A stretch of DNA of 32,000 nt from Erysipelotrichaceae bacterium (GCA_963663995.1 OY760660.1:1290001-1322000); one strand, 5' to 3'. Counted from the stretch's first letter, positions 16,673 through 24,759 are shown. Notes: a model not told the origin generated them from the letters alone. A program made the numbers and translations.

Positions 16673-16709
16673 TTGTAATACCTCTGTAATGATATTATAT
16701 TCTTTATCA

Positions 16710-17435
16710 TTACATTTTCCTATATTGTTTATATCTTCCTTCTTTTCCAATAACTTCAATGCGACTGAGTGTGACTAAAACATTGAGACACATTTGTGCT
16801 TTCTTAGGACTAATCTTTAAATCTTTCGATAATGATTGTGAAGTGATTATTTCAGTTTTTATTCCTTCAAGTAAACAATCAAAGTCTTCTGTATTATTAA
16901 TCTTTATGGTTTTCACATACTCTGTTGGTTGTCGATCAGCTCTATGTGATCCTTTTTTTTTATCCGTACTCCAACCATTTAGATAACGTGTTTCAAGTAA
17001 ATTAAAAAAGACCAAATGAATACTTAAATTAGGATGATCTAAGTATTGTTTAATCGAATACAATTCACTAATACTATCGATTGCTTTGCCTAGCTTTGGT
17101 GACTTGCGTGCTTTAGATACTTCACCTGTATCTATGTTTATCCAACTTAAATGTTTGATATAAGGAATGGGATAGACAATTGTTGTGGGAGTATCTTCTA
17201 AAAAGACATCTAGCTTTGATTTAAGTTTAAAAAACTGACGTGTTTGTATTTCAATGATTTGTTTTCCATCATAAATATCACAGACTTTGTTTTTAAACTT
17301 AACCTCATGAAAATCTTCATTGGGTTCAATGAAGTATTTAATAAAAGAGTGAAGTGTTTTCTCACTTAAAGTCCCAATCCCATTTTGGGCTTGGTTTTTA
17401 TACACTTTATCTAATGTTTCTTTAAAAACATCCAT
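16710..17435 (-). CDS. Conserved hypothetical protein, possible PD-(D/E)xK / CoiA-like nuclease fold
   Basis: 241 aa. GTLSEKTLHSFIKYF...CDIYDGKQIIEIQTRQFFKLKSKL...IVYPIP resembles a widespread uncharacterised family with a D...EIQT core, recalled from memory only. The C-terminus looks wHTH-like. Confidence 0.35.
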   Translation of the reverse strand: MDVFKETLDKVYKNQAQNGIGTLSEKTLHSFIKYFIEPNEDFHEVKFKNKVCDIYDGKQIIEIQTRQFFKLKSKLDVFLEDTPTTIVYPIPYIKHLSWINIDTGEVSKARKSPKLGKAIDSISELYSIKQYLDHPNLSIHLVFFNLLETRYLNGWSTDKKKGSHRADRQPTEYVKTIKINNTEDFDCLLEGIKTEIITSQSLSKDLKISPKKAQMCLNVLVTLSRIEVIGKEGRYKQYRKM

Positions 17436-17456
17436 AGATTAATAATAGAACATCTC

Positions 17457-18224
17457 TTAAGTTCTATCTAAGTTTTGTTGAAATTGTTGATGATTGTTTA
17501 AAATCGCATTTGCTCTTTCAACATCTTGTTTAGTCCCTAAGCCTTTAGTTAACAGTTGTGCTAATTCAAGTGCATGGACATGATAGCCTTTCATATATGC
17601 ATTATTTAAGAAATGATAAGCTTTATCATAGTCTTGTTTTACCCCATATCCCTTGTAATACATAAAGCCTAACTGACTAATGGCTGGAATATATTGACGC
17701 ATTGCTGACATAAAAAAGTATTCAAAAGCTTTCTTATCATTTTGAATGACATAAGTACCCTCACGATAAAACTTCGCTAAATCATATTGTGCAATTCTGA
17801 AATTTTGATCAGCAGCTTTTTTAAGAAAATAGATTTGTGTATTCATTATTGGCCAAGGATAATCTATATTAGCTAATTCATAACAACTCTTAGCGTCACC
17901 TGCCATTGCCTTAAAAAAGCAATCATTGATTGTTTGTCTTTTTTCTTCATTATGTTTAAAAAGTTCATCTTCACTATAAACTCTATTGAATTGTTCTAAT
18001 AAGACTTTTTTAAATGTTTGAACAAAGTCAGTTAAATGTAAGTATGGATATTTCTTAAGATAGTCATCATATAGACTAAGAGCTTGGTAAAAGAAACGTA
18101 CATCAATGAGTGTATATAAAAATTGCACTACTTCATCAACACTCGGTGTGATTGGATCAATCTCTTTGTGTGCAGCAAGAACAGCCTTTAGTTCAATATC
18201 AATAATTCTTTTATTTTCAATCAT
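17457..18224 (-). CDS. Sel1-like (TPR-type) repeat protein
   Basis: The start is set at the ATG at 18224, which follows AGAGGAGAT and overlaps the upstream stop by 8 nt. Repeats of the form AQYDLAKFYREG.., SQLGFMYYKGYGVKQDYDKAYHFL, ELAQLLTKGLGTKQDVERA are typical Sel1 units. Confidence 0.7.
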   Translation of the reverse strand: MIENKRIIDIELKAVLAAHKEIDPITPSVDEVVQFLYTLIDVRFFYQALSLYDDYLKKYPYLHLTDFVQTFKKVLLEQFNRVYSEDELFKHNEEKRQTINDCFFKAMAGDAKSCYELANIDYPWPIMNTQIYFLKKAADQNFRIAQYDLAKFYREGTYVIQNDKKAFEYFFMSAMRQYIPAISQLGFMYYKGYGVKQDYDKAYHFLNNAYMKGYHVHALELAQLLTKGLGTKQDVERANAILNNHQQFQQNLDRT

Positions 18225-19068
18225 GCTTTTGATCTCCTCTTGTTTCTTCATTGATGATGGTGATTTTAAATTCATCACTTGTTTTAATGTGATGAGCATG
18301 TTCACCTAAGCCTTTAACTTGAACTTGGTAAAGAATCGTTTTCCCAGAATAATTTTTAATTTGTTCATCTAACCAAGTTTGAAGTTCTTTAGAAGCTTTC
18401 CCATAAAAAGGATAGTGATCTACCAAAATTATCACATTAACAATCTCTTCATCCTTCATACAGATTAAGCTTGGAAACTCATTGATACTAAGTTTGGTGT
18501 AATTAACAAAGTACTCCTTTTTAAAGTACTTAAGTGCAATCTCTTGACGAACTTCTTCATGCAGCATGGCATGTGTCATATAGCCATAATCAGGTAATAG
18601 TACATAGTGATATAACATGTCATTACACAAATCGATTTGTTTGATTTGATTGTCTTTATTAAAGTCCACAAGGATTAATACATAGTCAGGATCATAGTAA
18701 GAATCCGCTATACGTATAACCACTCGCCCTTCTGCATACCACTGGACAATTCGCATCCCTTCAATGTCTTCATTTTTTGCTTTAGAGTTTTTAGATGCGA
18801 CAACATTTTGACGTGTAAAACCTACTGGTTGATTGTTGATATATTTCAAAACAGCTAACTCACTAATATGGTGTGAGTTTTCCCTAAACTGCTCTTCTTT
18901 CTTTTGAAAGTATGCAAGCATATTTTCTTTACCTTCAATATCTGACATATCCCACATACTTGTGCGTTTTATTTCATCCGCTAAATAAGGAATGACTTCT
19001 TTAAAGGATCCACAGTTATAAGCCTCTTTTAATGTCTGCATAATTTTTAGTTGTTGATCAATCATCAC
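18217..19068 (-). CDS. Hypothetical protein; the N-terminal half looks NTF2/SnoaL-like
   Basis: 283 aa with no recognisable catalytic motif. The N-terminal ~140 aa have an alpha+beta cone-like pattern (KEAYNCGSFKEVIPYLADEI...). It is translationally coupled to the Sel1 gene. Confidence 0.3.
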   Translation of the reverse strand: MMIDQQLKIMQTLKEAYNCGSFKEVIPYLADEIKRTSMWDMSDIEGKENMLAYFQKKEEQFRENSHHISELAVLKYINNQPVGFTRQNVVASKNSKAKNEDIEGMRIVQWYAEGRVVIRIADSYYDPDYVLILVDFNKDNQIKQIDLCNDMLYHYVLLPDYGYMTHAMLHEEVRQEIALKYFKKEYFVNYTKLSINEFPSLICMKDEEIVNVIILVDHYPFYGKASKELQTWLDEQIKNYSGKTILYQVQVKGLGEHAHHIKTSDEFKITIINEETRGDQKHD

Positions 19069-19316
19069 TTCACCTCTTGTGTCCTTAGTTTAGTTTTTAA
19101 GTGATAACTCAGGGTTAATTGTGAATTGACTTATATGATTATTCCTTAAGGGATATCACTTTAAGTAAATGGGTAGTGTAGATGATTTATGTTGAGCCTT
19201 GGGTTCAAAAAAATGTTTAATACGTTAGATGAAAATTTCTGAACATTTCTTTAGTATTTTTGTACATGCTTTGTTATACTAGTTCGGTATGGCTAAAATG
19301 CCTCAATGGAGAACAT

Positions 19317-19865
19317 ATGACAGAGAAGAAAATAGCTAATCCAGGTCCTTTAGGCTTGTTAGGCTTCGGGATGACAACCATCCTACTAAACTTACATAAC
19401 GCAGGGATTATTCCACTATCAATTGTGATTATCTCAATGGGTATTGCTTTAGGTGGTTTAGCACAACTTATTGCAGGAATATTAGAATTTAAAAACGGTA
19501 ATACTTTTGCTGGTACTGCCTTTACAGCTTATGGAGCATTTTGGTGGTCTTTAGTTGCGATATGGATGTTAGCACCAGAAGGTTTAGCTGCTGATTCTAT
19601 ATCTATGGGTTATTACTTAGGGATTTGGGGAATCTTTACAGGGTTCATGTTTATTGGAACCCTCACTCACAACAAGGCTACTCAAGTTGTATTCTTGTCA
19701 TTAACCGTATTATTCATATTATTAGCCATTGGCGATTTCACAGGTTCAAGTTTAATTAAAACGATCGCTGGATTTGAAGGTATCTTCTGTGGTGCTTCAG
19801 CTTTCTATAGTGCTGTTGGTCAAATTGTGAACGGCGAACATAACAAAACAATCTTCCCTCTTTAA
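19317..19865 (+). CDS. GPR1/FUN34/YaaH (SatP)-family acetate/succinate channel
   Basis: The start is set at the ATG at 19317, which follows GGAG. MTEKKIANPGPLGLLGFGMTTILLNLHNAG carries the family signature NPxPLGLxGF. Six TM helices. Confidence 0.85.
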   Translation: MTEKKIANPGPLGLLGFGMTTILLNLHNAGIIPLSIVIISMGIALGGLAQLIAGILEFKNGNTFAGTAFTAYGAFWWSLVAIWMLAPEGLAADSISMGYYLGIWGIFTGFMFIGTLTHNKATQVVFLSLTVLFILLAIGDFTGSSLIKTIAGFEGIFCGASAFYSAVGQIVNGEHNKTIFPL

Positions 19866-19876
19866 ATATTCAGTAA

Positions 19877-19915
19877 AAGCACTCTTCTTACGATGTTATA
19901 GAAGAGTGCTTTTTA
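19877..19915 (+). terminator. Rho-independent terminator after the SatP-family gene
   Basis: AAGCACTCTTCT (19877-19888) pairs with AGAAGAGTGCTT (19900-19911), followed by a T-run. Confidence 0.8.
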
Positions 19916-20003
19916 TAAGTATTTTAGAATTTAGATTCGTTTATTAAGTTTGATTTAAGATAGCTTAAAACAATTGAAACTATTATAAAAGAATGAAAAG
20001 TAT

Positions 20004-20645
20004 CTAATGTTTACCGTTTCGATTTTTAAAGTCTTCCTCTATTTCCTTTTTCCACTCATCAAAAACTTCTTCATCTTTTCTTAATCGAGAGACACTGTTA
20101 TTTAATACTTGGTAGTTCAGTTTTACACCTTTTTTATCATTATGAAAGCTGACTGCTCGATCAGCTTTTATCCCCATATCTTCTGCTGTAGAAATCGCAT
20201 CAATATTTGCTCCTAAGAAGATAAACTCCCAGCCTAATTCTTCTTGAGCTTTTATCAAATTCTTGATATCAAATACATTAAATTGTTGAGATGCATTCTC
20301 CATTCCATCAGTTGTAATAATCACTATCACTTTATCTGCTTTAAAATCCTTCGCTGTACTTTCCTGAATTCCTTTTAGTTTATTAATGCCATATCCGATC
20401 GCATCATAGAGGGCTGTTGATCCTCTTACTATATAATCGCTACGATTCATCTTATTAACAACTTTTAAATCTAAATGATCATGTAGTGTTTTTATCTCAT
20501 GATCAAAGAGAATGGTTGTTAGATTAACATCTCCTTCTTCCTTTAATTGTTCATCAATAAAACCATTAAAACCACCAATCGTATCACTTTCAAGACCTGC
20601 CATAGAACCACTTCTATCTAATATAAATACAAGTTCTGTTTTCAT
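20004..20645 (-). CDS. Cytoplasmic von Willebrand factor A (vWA) domain protein
   Basis: MKTELVFILDRSGSMAG carries the MIDAS DxSxS motif. TTDGMEN is also present. There is no signal peptide. AAGGAGG lies upstream. Confidence 0.85.
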   Translation of the reverse strand: MKTELVFILDRSGSMAGLESDTIGGFNGFIDEQLKEEGDVNLTTILFDHEIKTLHDHLDLKVVNKMNRSDYIVRGSTALYDAIGYGINKLKGIQESTAKDFKADKVIVIITTDGMENASQQFNVFDIKNLIKAQEELGWEFIFLGANIDAISTAEDMGIKADRAVSFHNDKKGVKLNYQVLNNSVSRLRKDEEVFDEWKKEIEEDFKNRNGKH

Positions 20646-20797
20646 CGTTTGACCTCCTTAGTCACTCAAAGTTTAATCAAATAGGAACATAAAAAGGTCA
20701 ATTCAAAATTGACTTATTAAATCTTAAAATATTAGGAAAACAAGATTATTCGGAGTAAAATAAAGGTAGAGAAACACCTAGTGTGTTCCTTCGGTTG

Positions 20798-20847
20798 AAA
20801 AAAACACTCTACTCTTGGGAAAATTTGAGAAAGAGTGTTTTTGTTTT
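20798..20847. terminator. Bidirectional intrinsic terminator hairpin downstream of the small peptide ORF
   Basis: AACACTCTACTC (20803-20814) pairs with GAGAAAGAGTGTT (20827-20839). An A7 run lies on one side (20798-20804) and TTTTTGTTTT on the other. Confidence 0.7.
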
Positions 20848-20849
20848 GT

Positions 20850-20936
20850 TTACTTATGTCTTTTAAGATAAAAGATGGCGTAAATCAATTCAAAGATAGA
20901 TACGATTAAAATCATAGCTTGTATGAAATCACTCAT
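20850..20936 (-). CDS. 28-aa hydrophobic peptide, candidate type I toxin / holin-like toxin (not in the supplied ORF track)
   Basis: The ATG at 20936 lies 8 nt after GGAGG of GGAGGTGAT (20949-20941). The stop is TAA at 20852-20850. The translation is MSDFIQAMILIVSIFELIYAIFYLKRHK: a single TM helix plus a basic tail. It is followed directly by a strong terminator. Confidence 0.55.
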   Translation of the reverse strand: MSDFIQAMILIVSIFELIYAIFYLKRHK

Positions 20937-21027
20937 AACCATCACCTCCAATACTTTGATTGAAGGAACACATCTTTGATGAATCTCTACCCTTTATCTA
21001 TATGAATGATATAAACTAAGTCCTTTT

Positions 21028-21990
21028 TTAAAGTGAATTAGAACCTAAAAGTGTTTGATCATACTCATAAAGAACTGCATTTAGTTCAAATAGATCATAG
21101 TTTTTCTTCTTAATAAAATATTGCACAATTATGTCTTGTTTAGAGTACGGGCTAAAACTAAAGCCTGCTTTGTTTAATAAATTATGTGACTCAATTTGTG
21201 TTAATTTAAGGGCAATGCAGAAAGCTAAGGCCGTTGATTTAGATGGAACATAGTTTTTATTTGATCTAATCTTAGAAAAGACAGCTTTAGATACATTTGC
21301 TTTTTTATATGTTTCAACCTCGTTTAAATTTTTCTCATCAATGTATTTAAACAGTTGTTGAGAGAAGGAAATGTCATGTTGATTAATAACATCTTCTAAT
21401 TCATTATACTGAATCAAACGATCAATCTTTGGCAACAAGAAATCTACATCTTCAATTTCTAAGTTATCTGTCAAATAATCTTTCACTGAATGCGATAGTT
21501 TTTGACTTAATTCAAAAACAGATTTATCAAAGACAACTAAGAACACTTTAACTTCATGATGCATGATAAAAGCCTGAATTTCACTTAACGCAATGCTTAA
21601 AGCTTCATCTTTTGGCCAGGCATAGGTACCAGCTGATAAGAGTGGAAAAGCAATCGATGTTAAATGATTCTCAAGCACACGTTTAAAAGCATTTCGATAG
21701 GATTGTCTTAATAATTCTTTCTCATCATGCGCACCATCCGTCCACATGGGATTTGCGACATGAATAATATATTTAGATGCTAAGTTAAATGCTGGGGTAA
21801 TCACAGCTTCTCCCCAGTTAATACGCCCAAAAGGAATACAAGATTCATTCAATTGTTCGTAACCTGCCGCTTTATAAATTTTCCCAGATACAGACAAGAG
21901 ATCCCCAGGGATTAGATAAGGATTTGATGGATTCACAATCGCATCAACATTTAACTTAGTTATGTCTTCTCTAATGATATCTAGATACAT
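21028..21990 (-). CDS. Macro domain (ADP-ribose binding/hydrolase) protein fused to a C-terminal XRE-like HTH domain
   Basis: Macro motifs: DAIVNPSNPYL (NxxN), SIAFPLLSAGTYAWPKDEA (the GxYGYP-type phosphate loop), YIIHVANPMW. The C-terminus ETYKKANVSKAVFSKIRSNKNYVPSKSTALAFCIALKL is an HTH. Confidence 0.8.
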   Translation of the reverse strand: MYLDIIREDITKLNVDAIVNPSNPYLIPGDLLSVSGKIYKAAGYEQLNESCIPFGRINWGEAVITPAFNLASKYIIHVANPMWTDGAHDEKELLRQSYRNAFKRVLENHLTSIAFPLLSAGTYAWPKDEALSIALSEIQAFIMHHEVKVFLVVFDKSVFELSQKLSHSVKDYLTDNLEIEDVDFLLPKIDRLIQYNELEDVINQHDISFSQQLFKYIDEKNLNEVETYKKANVSKAVFSKIRSNKNYVPSKSTALAFCIALKLTQIESHNLLNKAGFSFSPYSKQDIIVQYFIKKKNYDLFELNAVLYEYDQTLLGSNSL

Positions 21991-22002
21991 TGATCTTTCC
22001 CC

Positions 22003-22479
22003 TTATTTTATTCCATGTTTTAGATAACCCCAATAACCCATCGAATAATTTGCTGGAGCTATATAGAACATAGAAATATCTTTTATAAATAAAACATTTG
22101 AACAACTAACACACTTTAAATGATAAACCTGAAAAAGCTTATTTAATGATTGAAGTTCTAGAAAAGTTTTTTCACTTTCATTTATTGAACAGATCTTTGT
22201 CATCTCAGGGTTTGTAAAAAGATAGATGAACATATAAAGAGGACGTGAATTAGATTCACTTCCTAGGTAGTGTATGCTAATAAGTTCAAATGTTTGATTT
22301 AATGTCTCTTTTTCGAATTCACAATCAATAAAGACCATATTGTGAAACCTAAAACCATCAAGTGAGTGGTATACAAATATTTGTGTTTGCTTAATAACAA
22401 TGTTTTTTAAGTTTTCTTGTAGTTTAATATTTTGTTCATAATTCTCTTTTTTAATGTAAATGCCTAGGGTAAAAGTCAT
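22003..22479 (-). CDS. Hypothetical protein (158 aa), middle gene of the Macro-HTH operon
   Basis: The ORF overlaps the upstream gene by ATGA (22476-22479). I recognise no motif. Confidence 0.5.
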   Translation of the reverse strand: MTFTLGIYIKKENYEQNIKLQENLKNIVIKQTQIFVYHSLDGFRFHNMVFIDCEFEKETLNQTFELISIHYLGSESNSRPLYMFIYLFTNPEMTKICSINESEKTFLELQSLNKLFQVYHLKCVSCSNVLFIKDISMFYIAPANYSMGYWGYLKHGIK

Positions 22480-22862
22480 ATGTGTTGATTCACTTCTTTG
22501 TCTCTTTTAATACATTCTTCTTCACTCAATGGTTTAGCTTTTGTGTAATACAAGAAATACAACAAGATATGTCGATAAACGTATTTAAAGTTAATAAAAT
22601 TAGTATCGTTAATGGTATAGCCACTTCGATCTTTATAAAGGAATCCTTCTAAAGTTAAAGCACTTATAAATGATTCAGCTTGATCATGATTGTTTAGGTT
22701 AAACAAAACATCTTTATAGCGACACCAGCCATAATTACGATTGTAAATAAAGTACGCTAAAGGAATTCCTCCATATTCAATCTTTCCATTTACTTTTGGG
22801 TAATCTCTAAAAATACAGCGATCTTGATTCTCTTCCTGATTAAAATTCAATTGTTTTTGCAT
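22476..22862 (-). CDS. Hypothetical protein (128 aa), first gene of the Macro-HTH operon; possible wHTH segment
   Basis: A strong AAGGAGG SD precedes it. AESFISALTLEGFLYKDRSGYTINDT resembles a winged-helix recognition helix plus wing, which is weak evidence. Confidence 0.5.
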   Translation of the reverse strand: MQKQLNFNQEENQDRCIFRDYPKVNGKIEYGGIPLAYFIYNRNYGWCRYKDVLFNLNNHDQAESFISALTLEGFLYKDRSGYTINDTNFINFKYVYRHILLYFLYYTKAKPLSEEECIKRDKEVNQHI

Positions 22863-23048
22863 ATAGCCTCCTTAAACAAAAAACACCTAAAGGTGTCTCT
22901 TGTTTAAATGAAGTTCACCTATCATTTAAGGTTTTAGCACCTTGACCATTGGTTAGGTTGCTGTAAGCTACGAGCCTTATCTCTAACTCACTCTTAATAG
23001 GATGTTTAATGTATTTATATTATAAAAACTGAATAGGTATTATGTAAA
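22863..23048 (-). promoter_or_regulatory. Promoter plus ~150-nt structured 5' leader (candidate riboswitch or attenuator) of the Macro-HTH operon
   Basis: On the minus strand: TTTACA (23048-23043), an 18-nt spacer, then TATAAT (23024-23019). The leader contains CCTATTAAG (23001-22993), which can pair with CTTAA-atg-ATAGG (22930-22918). It has an internal hairpin GCAACCT..AGGTGC (22961-22937) and an alternative TTAAATG/CATTTAA hairpin (22929-22923 and 22910-22904). AGGTG (22920-16) is complementary to the terminator arm CACCT (22895-91). Confidence 0.45.
22874..22905 (-). terminator. Leader-embedded intrinsic terminator immediately upstream of the SD
   Basis: The minus strand reads AAACAAGAGACACC-TTTA-GGTGTTTTTTGTTT. 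The stem is up to 14 bp including G-U pairs and is T-rich on its 3' side. It is followed by AAGGAGGctatATG. Confidence 0.6.
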
Positions 23049-23076
23049 GTTAACTGTCCCTAATATGCACAGTTAG

Positions 23077-23108
23077 AAACACTCAACTAATTGTTTGAGT
23101 GTTTTTTT
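23077..23108. terminator. Hairpin terminator between the ABC permease 3' end and the Macro operon promoter
   Basis: AAACACTCAA (23077-23086) pairs with TTGAGTGTTT (23095-23104). T7 follows on the + strand and TTTCT on the minus strand. Confidence 0.6.
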
Positions 23109-23118
23109 ATTTGACTAC

Positions 23119-24732
23119 TTATGAACCTTCAATACGATCACGTTTAATATACCCAAAATAACCTGCCACCATCATTAATAGACTTAAAACAAAAATTGAA
23201 ACAAAGACTGTTAAATCAAATTCTTTAATAGGCATTCTAGGTATCCAACTAAAGATAGCTGTTTTAGAGATAAACTCAGGTAAATCTAATAAACCACCAA
23301 AATAGTTCAAGGCAAACGAATAGGCTAAATAAATATAGATGGCATTTCTTGCTTTAGGATAATAACCAATACTCATAGCAGATAGTCCTAAAAAGAATAA
23401 AATAGCAGGTAAGAAGTTAAAGCCAGCTTTTATGAAATCCATAATAAGCATCGATGACTTCCCTTCCATCATATAAATGGCTGTATAACCTAAACCGATA
23501 GCCGAGAGTAATACCCCTAGAACTGAAGCGAGTATCGCTATCGTTAGATTCGTTAAGAAAACACTCTGATAAGTCAATTTTGATGCATAAAGTTGTGATA
23601 GATGCATCCGTTCCTCTTGAACAAATAGTTTATTTATAATTGCAATAGGCAGTATCGCAACTGTACCCAACATAACCATTATAATGACTGATGTAAATGA
23701 AGCTTCGATGGAAACACCTGAATAAGTAAACATTGCCGCAATTAACTCATTGCTTTCTAAGAATGTTTGCATATCACCATAGATAGAACCATAAGACGCA
23801 CCTAAGATAAAGTAGGTGATTAACCATGCCAATAGCATGCCTTTATTTAATCGGTAAAATAAACCAGGAACCGATAAAAGTGATTTTTTAGCATTTGCTC
23901 TTCCTTCATAAGCTGGAAGATACCCTGCATTCATATCACGATTACTTTCAAGACTGAAACTGAGGACCAGTGTTGCCAAGATAAAGACAAACGAGTAGAT
24001 AATCGGTAAATAATTATTGGTCGTAAATGGGTATGTTAAATAGATCCATCCCATTGGATTCAACATTGATAGTGATAAGTTAGACACATCTGTTGCCCCT
24101 CTCACTAAATACATGAGTCCAATAATTCCCATACTCATTCCAATTGCACCTGTAGATGTCTCATTAATTTGAGCCATCACTAAAGCGATAACAGCTCCGA
24201 TTAATCCAGCCATCATTACTGTTAATGCGAATAAAAATGATCCATAAGCATCTATACTTTCAACTTGAAAAACAATCATGGTAGAGGCAATAACAAGCGC
24301 CAACAAGCCATTAATTACGATGGCTTCAATAAACAATGCAAATGAATTTGATAAGCGACCTACTTGATAAGATTGAATGAGTTCTGTAAAACCTAATTCC
24401 TCATCTTTACGTGAGTGAGAAATAATATGAAGGGCTTGTATAATCATCGCAAACAATCCACAAAATAGTAACATTTCTTGTGCATACATCGCCCCAAGTG
24501 TATATTCAGTGGCACTTTGAATAGGGGTTGGTCCAACCATCGCAATCATGGCTGGATTCAACATCGTTTGATACATACCGATTAAACCCTGTCCAGATCC
24601 AATTTCTTCAAAAGCTGGGACAAACCCTCCGGTAAATAAACCAAGACCTAAAATCCATATTAATGCTTTTCGTAAATCACGCTTTAAAAGTGTTTTAAAT
24701 AAAACTTCCCAGCGTACAATTTCTTTCAACAT
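23119..24732 (-). CDS. ABC-2-type exporter permease (12 TM)
   Basis: 537 aa, highly hydrophobic with two 6-TM halves. It lies immediately downstream of the ABC ATPase. Confidence 0.8.
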   Translation of the reverse strand: MLKEIVRWEVLFKTLLKRDLRKALIWILGLGLFTGGFVPAFEEIGSGQGLIGMYQTMLNPAMIAMVGPTPIQSATEYTLGAMYAQEMLLFCGLFAMIIQALHIISHSRKDEELGFTELIQSYQVGRLSNSFALFIEAIVINGLLALVIASTMIVFQVESIDAYGSFLFALTVMMAGLIGAVIALVMAQINETSTGAIGMSMGIIGLMYLVRGATDVSNLSLSMLNPMGWIYLTYPFTTNNYLPIIYSFVFILATLVLSFSLESNRDMNAGYLPAYEGRANAKKSLLSVPGLFYRLNKGMLLAWLITYFILGASYGSIYGDMQTFLESNELIAAMFTYSGVSIEASFTSVIIMVMLGTVAILPIAIINKLFVQEERMHLSQLYASKLTYQSVFLTNLTIAILASVLGVLLSAIGLGYTAIYMMEGKSSMLIMDFIKAGFNFLPAILFFLGLSAMSIGYYPKARNAIYIYLAYSFALNYFGGLLDLPEFISKTAIFSWIPRMPIKEFDLTVFVSIFVLSLLMMVAGYFGYIKRDRIEGS

Positions 24733-24759
24733 AACGTTCTCCTTTCAACTTGAGTCAAA

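Noticed and set aside
20765-20991. par/Fst-like model in which repeats at the 5' ends of convergent toxin and antitoxin RNAs are complementary
   Set aside because: The repeats here are inverted in the DNA. Convergently transcribed RNAs would therefore carry identical motifs, not complementary ones. Only the terminator overlap would pair.
22937-22975. tRNA-like start GGCTCGTAGCTTACAGC in the Macro operon leader
   Set aside because: It resembles the 5' acceptor/D-arm of a tRNA, but no cloverleaf, anticodon arm, T-loop (GTTCRANYC) or 3' acceptor complement follows.
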